64,000 bases of DNA from an uncultured Gammaproteobacteria bacterium (GTDB lineage Bacteria; Patescibacteriota; Patescibacteriia; VMEV01; CAYQCH01), in assembly GCA_964503955.1 (NCBI GenBank), contig CAZDCG010000002.1, positions 13,047 through 77,046 on the forward strand. Reading direction: 5' to 3'. Positions 8,546 through 18,326 of this stretch are shown here, piece by piece; the stretch's first letter is position 1, and each line of letters starts with the position of its first letter. The translations under genes were made by a program, and so were the position numbers. The notes beneath the pieces are model-generated. The model was not told the DNA's origin. It saw only the letters and a list, made by a program, of their open reading frames with translations, and ran no database searches.

Positions 8546-10309
8546 ATGGCCAATGAAATCGAGGAAATCAAACAACGTCTTGATCTGGTGGATATCATTC
8601 AGGAATATATTCCGTTGAAGAAAGCGGGGACAAACTATAAAGCGAATTGCCCCTTCCATCAGGAAAAGTCGCCTTCGTTCATGGTCAGCCAGACCAAACA
8701 GATCTGGCACTGTTTTGGCTGCCATGAAGGAGGAGATCTCTTCACCTTTGTACAGAAAATGGAGGGAATGGACTTTTACGAGTCCCTCAAGCTTCTGGCA
8801 AACCGGGCCGGCGTGCAGCTCAAGCAGCAGTCATCACAGGAAAAAGGGAAGAAGCAGCGTTTGTCTGAAGCGCTTGAAGCGGCTGCCCAGTTTTTTCATA
8901 AGCTGCTGATGGAACATCCTGCCGGTGCGGCTGCCAAAGCATATGCCAAACAGCGCGGCTTGTCAGATGAAACCATCAAGCAATTCCAGCTTGGCTATGC
9001 TCCCGAATCGTGGGATACATTGCTGAAAGTTTTGCTTAAACGAGGATTCAGCCAGCAGGAGCTGATTGATGCCGGGCTTGTCATCTACAATCAGGAACGC
9101 AAAAGCACCTATGACCGTTTCCGCAATCGCTTCATGATCCCGCTTCGCGATCCTCATGGAAGCATCGTGGGATTTACCGCGCGCGCCTTGGAGGAACAAT
9201 TTGAAGGAGGGAAGTATATCAATACGCCGCAAACATCCTTATACGACAAGAGCCGGGTGATTTTTGGTCTCTCTGAGGCGAAAAAAGCCATCAAAGATGC
9301 GGGATATGCCGTGCTTGTGGAAGGCAATATGGACGTGATCTCCTCGCATCAGGCGGGAGTGAAACAGGTGGTAGCGGTTTCTGGGACCGCGCTTACTCCC
9401 GCCCAGCTTGGACTGCTGAAACGTTATACGCAGAAAGTGATCTTTTCCTTTGACGCGGATCAGGCTGGCTTTCAGGCAAGCCTGCGCGGGATTCAAGCCG
9501 CTTTGGAGCTTGGCTTTGAGGTAGAGATTCTGCGGCTGCTGGCTGGAAAGGATCCGGATGAATGTATCAAACAGGATCCTGAGCTTTGGAAAAAGTCGAT
9601 TGAAAACGCGCAGCATGTCGTGGATCATTTAATCGCGGTGGGGGATACCTCGTCTGTGCGTGGGAAGAAGGAACTCGCTGAACGAGCCGTGGCCATTATT
9701 CGGTATATACAGAATCCCATTGTCCGCGATCATTACGCGCAGAAAGTAGCCCAGGCCGTGCAGGTGAGCGCTTCCGCCATGCGCGAGCTGCTTGATCTGC
9801 AGCCGGCAGCCGGTCAGCCCGCTCCCCAGGTTTCAGCTGAAAAAGAGGTTGAAGATCCGCAGACAAAGGCCAAAAAGGAATTGTTCTCTCTCATGCTGCA
9901 AGACAGCCAGTTGCTGTCAAAGCTCTCAGAACTTGATGAAATCATGGGAGATGGGTCACTGGCTGATCTTTACAAAGAGCTGAAAATATCCTACGATAAG
10001 TCCGTACAAATGCAGGAAACACCAGCCTTTGAACAATTGCTCGTTTCGCTTGCTCCTGATTTACAAACAGCAGCTACACGTTTACACATGTACGGGGAAG
10101 CTCGCTTCCCGGATCTCACGCCGCAGCAACGCCGCGAAGCCTACGAGGCGCGGAAAACATTTCTTTTGCGGCTGCAGATCAAATCCAAGCTTGAAGCGGT
10201 CCAAAAAGCGCTTCAGGCGGCTGAACAGGCGGCGGATCAACAACATATTCGAACGCTCAGCGAAGAATTCTCCGCGCTGTCTCAGCGTCTAATCGGCCTT
10301 GATACCTAA
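8546..10309 (+). CDS. dnaG: DNA primase
   Basis: CPFH..WHCFGC zinc finger, DRFRNR, KYINTP, VEGNMD, FDADQAG, KDPD. Confidence 0.98.
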   Translation: MANEIEEIKQRLDLVDIIQEYIPLKKAGTNYKANCPFHQEKSPSFMVSQTKQIWHCFGCHEGGDLFTFVQKMEGMDFYESLKLLANRAGVQLKQQSSQEKGKKQRLSEALEAAAQFFHKLLMEHPAGAAAKAYAKQRGLSDETIKQFQLGYAPESWDTLLKVLLKRGFSQQELIDAGLVIYNQERKSTYDRFRNRFMIPLRDPHGSIVGFTARALEEQFEGGKYINTPQTSLYDKSRVIFGLSEAKKAIKDAGYAVLVEGNMDVISSHQAGVKQVVAVSGTALTPAQLGLLKRYTQKVIFSFDADQAGFQASLRGIQAALELGFEVEILRLLAGKDPDECIKQDPELWKKSIENAQHVVDHLIAVGDTSSVRGKKELAERAVAIIRYIQNPIVRDHYAQKVAQAVQVSASAMRELLDLQPAAGQPAPQVSAEKEVEDPQTKAKKELFSLMLQDSQLLSKLSELDEIMGDGSLADLYKELKISYDKSVQMQETPAFEQLLVSLAPDLQTAATRLHMYGEARFPDLTPQQRREAYEARKTFLLRLQIKSKLEAVQKALQAAEQAADQQHIRTLSEEFSALSQRLIGLDT

Positions 10310-10390
10310 CCTTCGGTTAACCCTGACCTGACCCCGGACCGGCAGCTGCTCGTCCGGCGGACTTGAGGGTAACAAGAGGGAAGATCACCT

Positions 10391-11623
10391 ATGCCAAAAT
10401 CGTCCCGTTCCCAAAGCAAGAAGCGTCCCGTAAAAAAATCAACCGCCAAAAAGAAGCCGGCTCAGAAAAAGACAAAGAAGGCGGCTCCGCGCAAAAAGCC
10501 AGTTTCAAAAAAGAAAAAAGCTCCGTACCAGCCGGCACTCGCTCCCGCAAAAGACGTGCTGGAACGTTTGTTCCGTACGGCTCAATCCCGCGGGTTTTTA
10601 ACGGAGCAGGAAATTTTGTACGTTTTTCCTGAAATCGAAGATTACGTTGACGAATATGAGGAATTCCTTGAATTGCTTGATGAACACGGCCTAAGCGTGA
10701 TTGAACAGCGCGGAGGTATTTTGCAATTGCCAAGCGAAAAGAAAAAGCAGGCGGAAGAATCAAAATCCAAGCTGGTTGGTATTGATCTCAGCGATATCTC
10801 GGCCGACTCCATTCAGATGTATCTGCGCGAAATCGGCAAAGTTCCTCTGCTCACCGCCGAGGAAGAAGTCGCGCTGGCTCGCCGCAAGGAACGGGGAGAC
10901 CAGGAAGCAAAACAACGTCTGATTGAAGCCAACCTGCGTCTGGTTGTTTCCATTGCTAAGAAATTCACCGGCAAATCGCTTTCGCTGCTTGATCTTATTC
11001 AAGAGGGGAATATCGGCCTGTTCCGTGCCGTGGAAAAGTTTGAATACCGCAAAGGGTTCAAGTTCTCCACATACGCGACCTGGTGGATTCGCCAGGCGAT
11101 TACGCGTGCCTTGGCAGATCAGAGCCGCACCATCCGTATTCCGGTGCATATGGTGGAAACCATCAACAAATTCCAGCAGGTGGAGCGCCGCCTCATCCAG
11201 GATCTTGGCCGCGAGCCGATGGCTGAAGAGATCGCCGCGGAAATGGGGCAGCCGATCGCCAAAGTCCGTCATATCATGAAAATCTCGCAGGACACGGTTT
11301 CACTAGAAACACCGGTTGGCGATGACGATGAAGACTCAACACTTGAGGAATTCATTGAAGATGAAAAGAATGTCATGCCTGACCGTTCAGCCGGACTTGA
11401 ATTGCTGCGAGATCATGTGCGTGAAATCATTCAGCAGCTTACCCCGCGCGAGCAGAAAATTCTTGAAATGCGCTTTGGGCTCAAAGACGGCGTAACGCAT
11501 ACGCTTGAAGAAGTAGGGCAGGAGTTTGGCGTGACGCGTGAGCGTATTCGTCAGATCGAAGCCAAAGCCCTGCAGAACGCGCAGAATATGGCCGCAATCG
11601 AAAAATTACGCGATTATTACTAG
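10391..11623 (+). CDS. rpoD: RNA polymerase primary sigma factor with Lys-rich N-terminal extension
   Basis: [47 protein letters not shown]. Confidence 0.98.
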   Translation: MPKSSRSQSKKRPVKKSTAKKKPAQKKTKKAAPRKKPVSKKKKAPYQPALAPAKDVLERLFRTAQSRGFLTEQEILYVFPEIEDYVDEYEEFLELLDEHGLSVIEQRGGILQLPSEKKKQAEESKSKLVGIDLSDISADSIQMYLREIGKVPLLTAEEEVALARRKERGDQEAKQRLIEANLRLVVSIAKKFTGKSLSLLDLIQEGNIGLFRAVEKFEYRKGFKFSTYATWWIRQAITRALADQSRTIRIPVHMVETINKFQQVERRLIQDLGREPMAEEIAAEMGQPIAKVRHIMKISQDTVSLETPVGDDDEDSTLEEFIEDEKNVMPDRSAGLELLRDHVREIIQQLTPREQKILEMRFGLKDGVTHTLEEVGQEFGVTRERIRQIEAKALQNAQNMAAIEKLRDYY

Positions 11624-11656
11624 GGTGCGAATCCTCGAGTCGATGACAAGTTACAA

Positions 11657-11689
11657 AGAAAAACCGCCGGCGTTTCCGGCGGTTTTTCT
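11657..11689. terminator. Bidirectional intrinsic terminator
   Basis: AGAAAAACCGCCGG-CGTTT-CCGGCGGTTTTTCT between convergent genes. Confidence 0.9.
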
Positions 11690-11700
11690 GTATATAGCAC

Positions 11701-14700
11701 TTATACCAATAGGGAAGAAATTTGTTGGATTTCAGCAAGCAATTCTTTTGGTATATCAGCATTGTTGATTCTACCTTTCTTTCCAGCAGCGAGGCGTCTG
11801 ATCTGAAGCAGTAATGAACCTTTTTCTTTATCACCAAGAGATAGGGCATTAGGGATCTTGGGTGAGATGGCTTCAATCAGCGTTTTTTGAGCTCGAATCG
11901 CCCTTTTATCGATTTCTTTTGGTAATTTTTTCAATAGACTTTCCCATGCCTGATTCAACTCCAGCTGCAGCTCTTCAGGAGTTGGCTCGCGCAAGGATTC
12001 AATATATGTTTGCAGCTCCGTGAGTTTATCCCGTTTCTCAGCAGGAGTCTCTAACTGATCAAACTCATCCTGAAAGCCGTTAAGTGCTGCGTTGATATAT
12101 TCGCCATTTTCTTTTCTGGAGGCGGCGGTATTTCTTCCTTGTTCTACCAATTGCTGCCACTGCTTCTGTACGTCTTTTTCAGCATTTGCTTCAGTCTCTC
12201 TTCCGCTTTGTTCGATTTCACGTTCCCGGCTTACTAACGATTCTTTTAGTGTTTGCAGTTCAGTTGCCGAAAGTGTAGGTATCGGCTCTCGCTTTCCCTC
12301 CCCGTATCCAGGAGAAGATGGTCCTATCTCAAGTCCAAGCAATTGCCGGATGTGATAGACAGTGCCGCTGCGGCTTCTGTTAAATTGATCAAAATCTTTT
12401 TTATTAAGTCGCTCAATATCTTTTGCTATTGCCTTGAACGAATCTGATTGTTCCTTTGTTTTATCTGGCTTAGATGCGGAAGCCGGCGTTTCAATGAGGG
12501 ATTGGACTTTATTGATGAATACAACCATGTCCTGTTCAGCCTCTTGTCGTGCTTTTTTCTTTTCCTCCTCTGTAGCAGCCTTATTCAGCGCGTAAGCTAG
12601 TTCACGATTCAGAGCAGCATATCCGTGCATAATAGATCGAACCTGATCTTTTGAGAGTTTGGAGTCTGCTTCCTGCATTAGAGACCATGCCCTTAATCTG
12701 GTTTTTTCAGAAACCCCTGTCACATCGCTTGCTTTTTCCAATTTTTTTACGGTAACGGAAATAGGAGGCTTGCCTTCAGGTCGATCTCCTTTGGGAGATT
12801 CTTTTTTCGTTTTTTCTCTGATACCCCATTCATCAGCAATTTTGTCTATTTCTCGGTAGAATTCTGCGGGATCTTTCTTTTCGGATTTCAGAGCGTCATT
12901 CACCGTCTTTACGGCAGCATTAAGAAAATCGCGCTTCAATGCTTCCGTAACCGTTGGGGAGGAGAGCAGATTGTAGGCAGCTTCGTCTAATGCATGTTCC
13001 CTCCTTGAACGCTCTTTAGGGAGAATATTGTGTTGAACAAGCAATTTTGCCAGAGGGTTGATTGTCCTTCTTATTTCCTCATTCTCGGCAAGGCGCTGTT
13101 CCGTTTCTTGTAGAAGCGCTTCAATTTTTGCGATATGAGCCAGCAATTCACCCCGATTTTTGATAGCTTCGTAAGCCTTCTCGCCAGCGCTTATTCCAAT
13201 GAGCTGAATTCGATTCTTAACGGCTTCTTGATCAGGCTTTTTATCGCCATTTGAAAGAGATTTCTTCAAATCCTGATATTCTCCCCAAAGCCGTTCCTGG
13301 TCTTCCTTCCACTCTGGTGTCTCTGGTTTTGACGATGCCGGCTCATGTGCCGCATCCGGCGCTTCTCCTGAAACTTCCCCTGTGCCGGTCGATGAAGTGT
13401 CTGCTTCAGATCCGCTGGAACCTGTTTCTTTCGGCAAATCGGAAACAAGGGATTCAATGAGAGTCAGGTTGTAGTTCAAGTCGTTCAATAGCTTGGATTT
13501 CAGCATTCTGGTGCGTTCAATGAGTTTTGCATTGCTGAATTTGAGCAGATCTTTCTCAATGTTTTCTCGAATCTTTGTCACTGTTTCTGGGAGGGGATCA
13601 GGGGTATCAACTAAAATGCTATCTAATCGACTGGTGATTTCATCCTTGAGCGTCTCGGGGTTTTTGGCGTAGCGCTGAATCTCGTCTGGTAGGGATTCAG
13701 AAGCCTTGCTTCTCAGAAGTCCAATATTCAAATCGAGATCCTTTAACAATTGCCCCTGAAGCAAGCGGGAGCGTTCTTTTGAAGAAGCCTTGCTAAATTG
13801 ATCGATGATTTCTCTGGTTTTATTGAGAAGAGGTTTGATATCCTCTGGCAAATCCGCATCATCCATAGATTCGCCAAAACGGGCCTTGAGAATGCCTGAA
13901 AGTTTCTTTGAATATTCTTGCTGGAGAAGCACAGGTTCCTGCTCATATTTCCTATACACCTTGTAATGCTCAAGCGCGGATCGAATTTCAGCGAATTTTT
14001 CCTCGAGCAAAGAAAGATAGGTTGTTTTAAGAAGATTTTCATAAGACCCTTCTTTTGGCTTTTGAGCGTATTCAAGCCCCGCGTCCAATTGGGCGATCAG
14101 CTGCTGGATATGTTCTGGGAGATTCTTTTGCTCTGTATCAGTTCCAAGAACTTCGCGAATGGACTTCTGAAGAAATTCCTGAGCAACTTGTTTGAGTTGG
14201 TCTGGATTCTTTGTTGACTCCGCGCTATGTTCAAATCTGCCTGCGGTGCCTAGTTGGTCCATCAATTCTTCGATCTTGTCGAAAGCTTTGTACCGCTTCA
14301 CAACCGTGTCAGAAAGCACAAATTCTTTCATGTACCGGTTCACTTGTGCCACCAGTTCTTTCAAACGAGGCGGCTGGTTGTTAAGGTCATTGCCAAGCGC
14401 CTTATTCATTCTTTCGCTGATATGTTTCCTGTACAGGTCGGGATCTTCGAGGTAATCGATTCCGGCTTCATGCTCAATTTTGTCATCGCTTGTTGAAGAG
14501 ATGTGACCCTCATAAAGAGCGGCAATCTTTTTTCTCACGCCGCTTCTTCGCAATACATCCGTTACAGGCAAACCAGCAAGTTCTTGATAGAGTTCCATTA
14601 CCCGGTCAAGATCATAGCGGGCTCGTTCAAGATTATTTTCGTTCCCTTTGCTCGCCGCGTTTTCAACAATAGCTATCAATTCGGAGAAATGTTTCTTGTC

Positions 14701-15939
14701 GCGGGCTTCAGGTAATTGATCTTTAAGCTGGTACGCCTTTGCAAGAGCATTCACCGCCAAAGTCCACGATGATTCCTTGTACTGAGCCTGGCTAAGCTGC
14801 AAATGCCTCCTTCTTGTGTCCACAGCGGACAGAGCCTGCTTCAGCCCTTCGATCATCTTTTTGTAGGATGCCTTTTCATTGAAAGAAGACGAAGCCGCTA
14901 ATCCCTGCTCTTGTGCCGACTTCTCGTCTTGCTCAAGCAAAGCCAGCCGATTCTGATAATCGCTGAGCTTATCCTGAAGAAATGCTTCCTGCCTATCCAG
15001 AGCATTTGAAATGGTCCGCTGTTCCTGCTGGATCTGTTCTGCTTTATCCTTCACCAGCATTACTTCATCTTTCCTCAGCTCCGCAATCTTCTTGTTTGCC
15101 TGGTCAATCTCATCGTTATGCCGTTCATAGCTGGCCACGCCAGGAGCATCTTCAAGTGCGTCAGAGTTATTCTTCAAAAATCGATTTGCGTCTCTGGTTT
15201 TTCGAGTAACCTCCGCATTAACCTGGCGCAGCAGCTCGTTTGGGGCCAGATCCTGATTGCTTGAAAGATATTTTTTTAAATAAGCAGCCCGCTCTTTTTC
15301 AGGAACGACATCAAGCCCCTGAATCACTTTAAGAAAGGTATCCGCTTTTTTATCCACCCCTGCAATGACACGCTTTTGCTCTGCCGGGTTAACACTTGTG
15401 TCTATAATTTTCTCTTGCTTCTTTTGCTCGGCTTCCTGTTGCATGTACCGGTTGATCACTTGTCCGACAACAGGATAGTCTTTGAGTTTCTGCACCCATT
15501 TGGGCAGGCTGGATTTGGCAAGAATCTCCGGCTGAATCGGTTCAGCCGGAAGTTTGAGCATGCGCTCGTAGTTTTGCAGGACTTCGTTGCGGGCTTCTTC
15601 AAGCCTCGATAAAGCCCCCTTCATGGTGTCGATTGCTTTGAGCAGCGATTCAGGCGCTAGCGAAAGCTCTGAAAGCGCCTCATCGACCTCCGACTCTAGC
15701 CTTTCCATGCTCTTTTTCAATCTGTCGCGGTTGAGATCGACGAGATTGCGGACACTTTCCTGATCGGCACGAGATTTATAATCCTCTCTGAAGTATTGTG
15801 TATACCGGATAATATTGCTTGTCAGGTCGCGGATCTTGCGGCGTTGTGCTTCGATTTGAGCCGCATAGCGCTCCTCCTCCGGATTTGCCCGGCGCTCACT
15901 GGTTTCAGGTAATTCAAAAAGTTCCTTTGGAGTAGGCAT
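11701..15939 (-). CDS. 1412-aa charged helical/coiled-coil orphan with internal repeats
   Basis: Long uninterrupted ORF rich in E/K/L/Q, with no signal peptide, TM segment or recognisable catalytic motif. Confidence 0.85.
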   Translation of the reverse strand: MPTPKELFELPETSERRANPEEERYAAQIEAQRRKIRDLTSNIIRYTQYFREDYKSRADQESVRNLVDLNRDRLKKSMERLESEVDEALSELSLAPESLLKAIDTMKGALSRLEEARNEVLQNYERMLKLPAEPIQPEILAKSSLPKWVQKLKDYPVVGQVINRYMQQEAEQKKQEKIIDTSVNPAEQKRVIAGVDKKADTFLKVIQGLDVVPEKERAAYLKKYLSSNQDLAPNELLRQVNAEVTRKTRDANRFLKNNSDALEDAPGVASYERHNDEIDQANKKIAELRKDEVMLVKDKAEQIQQEQRTISNALDRQEAFLQDKLSDYQNRLALLEQDEKSAQEQGLAASSSFNEKASYKKMIEGLKQALSAVDTRRRHLQLSQAQYKESSWTLAVNALAKAYQLKDQLPEARDKKHFSELIAIVENAASKGNENNLERARYDLDRVMELYQELAGLPVTDVLRRSGVRKKIAALYEGHISSTSDDKIEHEAGIDYLEDPDLYRKHISERMNKALGNDLNNQPPRLKELVAQVNRYMKEFVLSDTVVKRYKAFDKIEELMDQLGTAGRFEHSAESTKNPDQLKQVAQEFLQKSIREVLGTDTEQKNLPEHIQQLIAQLDAGLEYAQKPKEGSYENLLKTTYLSLLEEKFAEIRSALEHYKVYRKYEQEPVLLQQEYSKKLSGILKARFGESMDDADLPEDIKPLLNKTREIIDQFSKASSKERSRLLQGQLLKDLDLNIGLLRSKASESLPDEIQRYAKNPETLKDEITSRLDSILVDTPDPLPETVTKIRENIEKDLLKFSNAKLIERTRMLKSKLLNDLNYNLTLIESLVSDLPKETGSSGSEADTSSTGTGEVSGEAPDAAHEPASSKPETPEWKEDQERLWGEYQDLKKSLSNGDKKPDQEAVKNRIQLIGISAGEKAYEAIKNRGELLAHIAKIEALLQETEQRLAENEEIRRTINPLAKLLVQHNILPKERSRREHALDEAAYNLLSSPTVTEALKRDFLNAAVKTVNDALKSEKKDPAEFYREIDKIADEWGIREKTKKESPKGDRPEGKPPISVTVKKLEKASDVTGVSEKTRLRAWSLMQEADSKLSKDQVRSIMHGYAALNRELAYALNKAATEEEKKKARQEAEQDMVVFINKVQSLIETPASASKPDKTKEQSDSFKAIAKDIERLNKKDFDQFNRSRSGTVYHIRQLLGLEIGPSSPGYGEGKREPIPTLSATELQTLKESLVSREREIEQSGRETEANAEKDVQKQWQQLVEQGRNTAASRKENGEYINAALNGFQDEFDQLETPAEKRDKLTELQTYIESLREPTPEELQLELNQAWESLLKKLPKEIDKRAIRAQKTLIEAISPKIPNALSLGDKEKGSLLLQIRRLAAGKKGRINNADIPKELLAEIQQISSLLV

Positions 15940-15940
15940 A

Positions 15941-16117
15941 TTATTCTGTCATGGAATCAAGAGTCGAACGCGCCTGGGTGAGTTTGTCGGAATCCTCAAG
16001 CACGGAGCCAAGTTCATGCATAGCACGCTGCAAATCATGCAACTCGCTAAGTTGTTCTTCAAACTCGGTTACGAGTTTTGAAAGCTCATTTTTTAGGTCG
16101 TCAGTTTGGCTATCCAT
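15941..16117 (-). CDS. 58-aa acidic coiled-coil small protein (not in the ORF track)
   Basis: Translates as MDSQTDDLKNELSKLVTEFEEQLSELHDLQRAMHELGSVLEDSDKLTQARSTLDSMTE. It has a tATG start and stops 1 nt before the ATG of the giant gene (TAAtATG). Confidence 0.7.
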   Translation of the reverse strand: MDSQTDDLKNELSKLVTEFEEQLSELHDLQRAMHELGSVLEDSDKLTQARSTLDSMTE

Positions 16118-16214
16118 AGAGAAAAATTCACAAAAATCTTTCTTCTATCATATCAGAAAGGAAACCCCTCACAAAATGAATAACCGTGCAAAATATGCTA
16201 CGATGCGAAAGCTT

Positions 16215-16847
16215 ATGAATAAGTTATTTTGGTTTGCTTCCATTCTTGCGGCCGCGGTCATGGCCTTCGCTGTTCTCGTCGGACTGCGGATCTATCGTTT
16301 CCCGCTTGTTCCGCAATACAAACACGCGGATTTTGCGATCTTCATCAATGGCCAGCGGCTTGACTACTCTACAGACCGCTACACAGACCCTGATTACTGT
16401 GAAGAAGGGATCTTCGTGGTGTCGGATGAAGAGACAAAGCCGGGAGATTATCTCCGTGAAGGAGGACAGGTTATTCATGTGCATAAGGGAACAGCCACCT
16501 ACGCAGATTTTTTCGATTCGATAGGAATTGAGTTTGACGGAGAGATATTCAAAGATGACCGAGGAAATGAATATACTCAGACCGAGACGCACGCCTTCCG
16601 TGTTTTTTTGAACAAGCAGGAAGTTAAGGCGGTTCATGAGCGGGAAATCAAGGATCTTGATCATCTTCTGATCAGTTATGGCAAGCGAGATCGAGAAGAA
16701 AGCGAACTCGCGTACGAGCTGGCCCAGCTTCCTGATTTAGCCTGCTTTTACTCGGTCGTTTGCCCTTATGAAGCTCCTTCCGTGAAAGATCTTTGCGTGC
16801 CGGATAACTATTATCGAACCATTCTTTACTACTGGTTTGGGATTTAA
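16215..16847 (+). CDS. Conserved hypothetical membrane-anchored protein
   Basis: TM helix then HADFAIFING...IHVH...ATYADFFDSIG...LLISYG and ACFYSVVCP. Start reassigned from 15951. Confidence 0.75.
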   Translation: MNKLFWFASILAAAVMAFAVLVGLRIYRFPLVPQYKHADFAIFINGQRLDYSTDRYTDPDYCEEGIFVVSDEETKPGDYLREGGQVIHVHKGTATYADFFDSIGIEFDGEIFKDDRGNEYTQTETHAFRVFLNKQEVKAVHEREIKDLDHLLISYGKRDREESELAYELAQLPDLACFYSVVCPYEAPSVKDLCVPDNYYRTILYYWFGI

Positions 16848-16851
16848 TGCT

Positions 16852-17646
16852 ATGCCTAAAAAGAACCACGTCACCTTGGTGAGTTGGAATGTAAATGGAA
16901 TCCGCGCTGCCGTAAAAAAGGGATTTCTTGATTGGTTAGATAAGACGCAGCCGGATATTCTTTGTTTGCAGGAAACGAAAGCGCATATCGAACAGCTCAG
17001 TGATGAAATCTTACATCCGAATGGATATGAAACCTTCTGGTCATCCGCGCAGAAAAAAGGCTATAGCGGGACGGCGGTATTTGTAAAGCACGCGCCCATG
17101 ATGTCCGTGACGAATTTTGAGCATGACTGGCTTGATGAAGAGGGGAGAGTGATTATGCTTGAGTACCCAGACTTCCTGCTGTTTAACGTCTATTTTCCAA
17201 ACGGCGGCCGCGGTCCGGAACGGCTGAAGTATAAACTCGATTTTTATAAGAAGTTTTTAGATTATACCGAAGCCTTTCGAAAAAAAGGCAAGCGCATTAT
17301 CATTTGCGGAGACGTGAACACGGCTCATCATGAAATCGACTTGGCTCGTCCGAAAGAGAACGAAAAGGTTTCAGGGTTCATGCCGATCGAGCGGGCCTGG
17401 CTGGACGAACTCGTCAAAAAAGACTATGTCGATACGTTTCGTCTCTTCAATAAAGAACCTCAGCAGTATTCCTGGTGGGATATGAAGTCGCGCGCCAGAG
17501 ACCGTAATGTTGGCTGGAGAATTGACTACTTTTGGGTAACCAAGGATCTTGCCCCTTTGATAAAAGAAGCTTTTATATGGCAGGACGTCATGGGTTCAGA
17601 TCACGCGCCGGTTGGCATTGTGATGGAGACAAAACTAAGCCATTAG
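16852..17646 (+). CDS. xth: Exodeoxyribonuclease III / AP endonuclease
   Basis: SWNVNGIRA, CLQETK, GDVN, GWRIDY, SDHAP. Confidence 0.96.
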   Translation: MPKKNHVTLVSWNVNGIRAAVKKGFLDWLDKTQPDILCLQETKAHIEQLSDEILHPNGYETFWSSAQKKGYSGTAVFVKHAPMMSVTNFEHDWLDEEGRVIMLEYPDFLLFNVYFPNGGRGPERLKYKLDFYKKFLDYTEAFRKKGKRIIICGDVNTAHHEIDLARPKENEKVSGFMPIERAWLDELVKKDYVDTFRLFNKEPQQYSWWDMKSRARDRNVGWRIDYFWVTKDLAPLIKEAFIWQDVMGSDHAPVGIVMETKLSH

Positions 17647-17728
17647 CATTCCACGCCCCTGATCTCCGTCCTTCATTTTAATCCTCATTCTCGAACTGAA
17701 GATAAGGTTCTGTCAGCCTCGAAGACAT

Positions 17729-17846
17729 ACACAGATGCACAGACACACAGACTGATTAGACACACAGACATTTGTTTCCGGACCCTAGATGAATACATGG
17801 GGCTCGGTGTCTGGGAGTCTGTCCACTCTGTGCGTCTGAGAGGTCT
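17729..17846. repeat. Octamer-period palindromic repeat (ACAGACxx / xxGTCTG)
   Basis: ACAGATGC ACAGACAC ACAGACTG ATTAGACAC ACAGACAT ... GTCTGGGA GTCTGTCC ACTCTGTGC GTCTGAGAG GTCTG. Confidence 0.75.
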
Positions 17847-17909
17847 GGGGTAGACGATGCCTGTGTCAGCATTCGATTATCCTCAAATAAAAGGATAACT
17901 TCAAGAGAA

Positions 17910-17921
17910 GGGGGGGGGGGG
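17910..17921. repeat. G12 homopolymer
   Basis: Twelve consecutive G in the xth-atp spacer. Confidence 0.9.
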
Positions 17922-17994
17922 CGGATAAGGGATAAAACAACACCGATTATCGATAAAATTGTCAAGTCCGACCCGCCCTTGTGAATTGCAACCA

Positions 17995-18023
17995 TTGACA
18001 AAGAAAAAAAAGCGCCGTAAATT
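17995..18023 (+). promoter_or_regulatory. Sigma70-type promoter of the atp operon
   Basis: TTGACA-17 bp-TAAATT, 14 nt before ATG 18038. Confidence 0.7.
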
Positions 18024-18037
18024 GCTTGCGCCCAAAT

Positions 18038-18325
18038 ATGAAGGATGAAAAAGGCATGAAGCCGGATGAGCAGAATCAGACGAAACAGCCCGTCAAGGGA
18101 ATGTTTTCGTTAACAAAAGGACTTGCTCTCTCGGCTGTGATCAGCGGATATATTCTTGGACCGCTCTTCTTTTTTGGAGGAATCGGTCTCTTGCTGGACC
18201 ATTTCTTTTTCTCCTCGCATTGGGGATTGTTTATCGGATTAGCGATCGCTTTTCTCTTCAGTAATGTGCTGGTCGTTAAAAAGTCCGCGCGCATTGCTGA
18301 ACGGTTTACCGAAAAGCAGGAATAG
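18038..18325 (+). CDS. AtpZ/AtpI family protein
   Basis: Two TMs with GGIGLLLD, first gene of the atp operon. Confidence 0.8.
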   Translation: MKDEKGMKPDEQNQTKQPVKGMFSLTKGLALSAVISGYILGPLFFFGGIGLLLDHFFFSSHWGLFIGLAIAFLFSNVLVVKKSARIAERFTEKQE

Positions 18326-18326
18326 T

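Noticed and set aside
15951-16214. N-terminal extension of the 298-aa track ORF
   Set aside because: It is Ser-rich nonsense antisense to the 58-aa ORF. The TM-led protein starts at 16203 or 16215.
17729-17846. Periodic repeats as CRISPR or iteron arrays
   Set aside because: The units are 7-8 nt and degenerate with no spacers, and no cas or rep genes are present.
17756-18001. 81-aa minus-strand ORF across the G12 tract
   Set aside because: It runs through promoter and repeat DNA, has a non-ATG start and shows no protein-like features.
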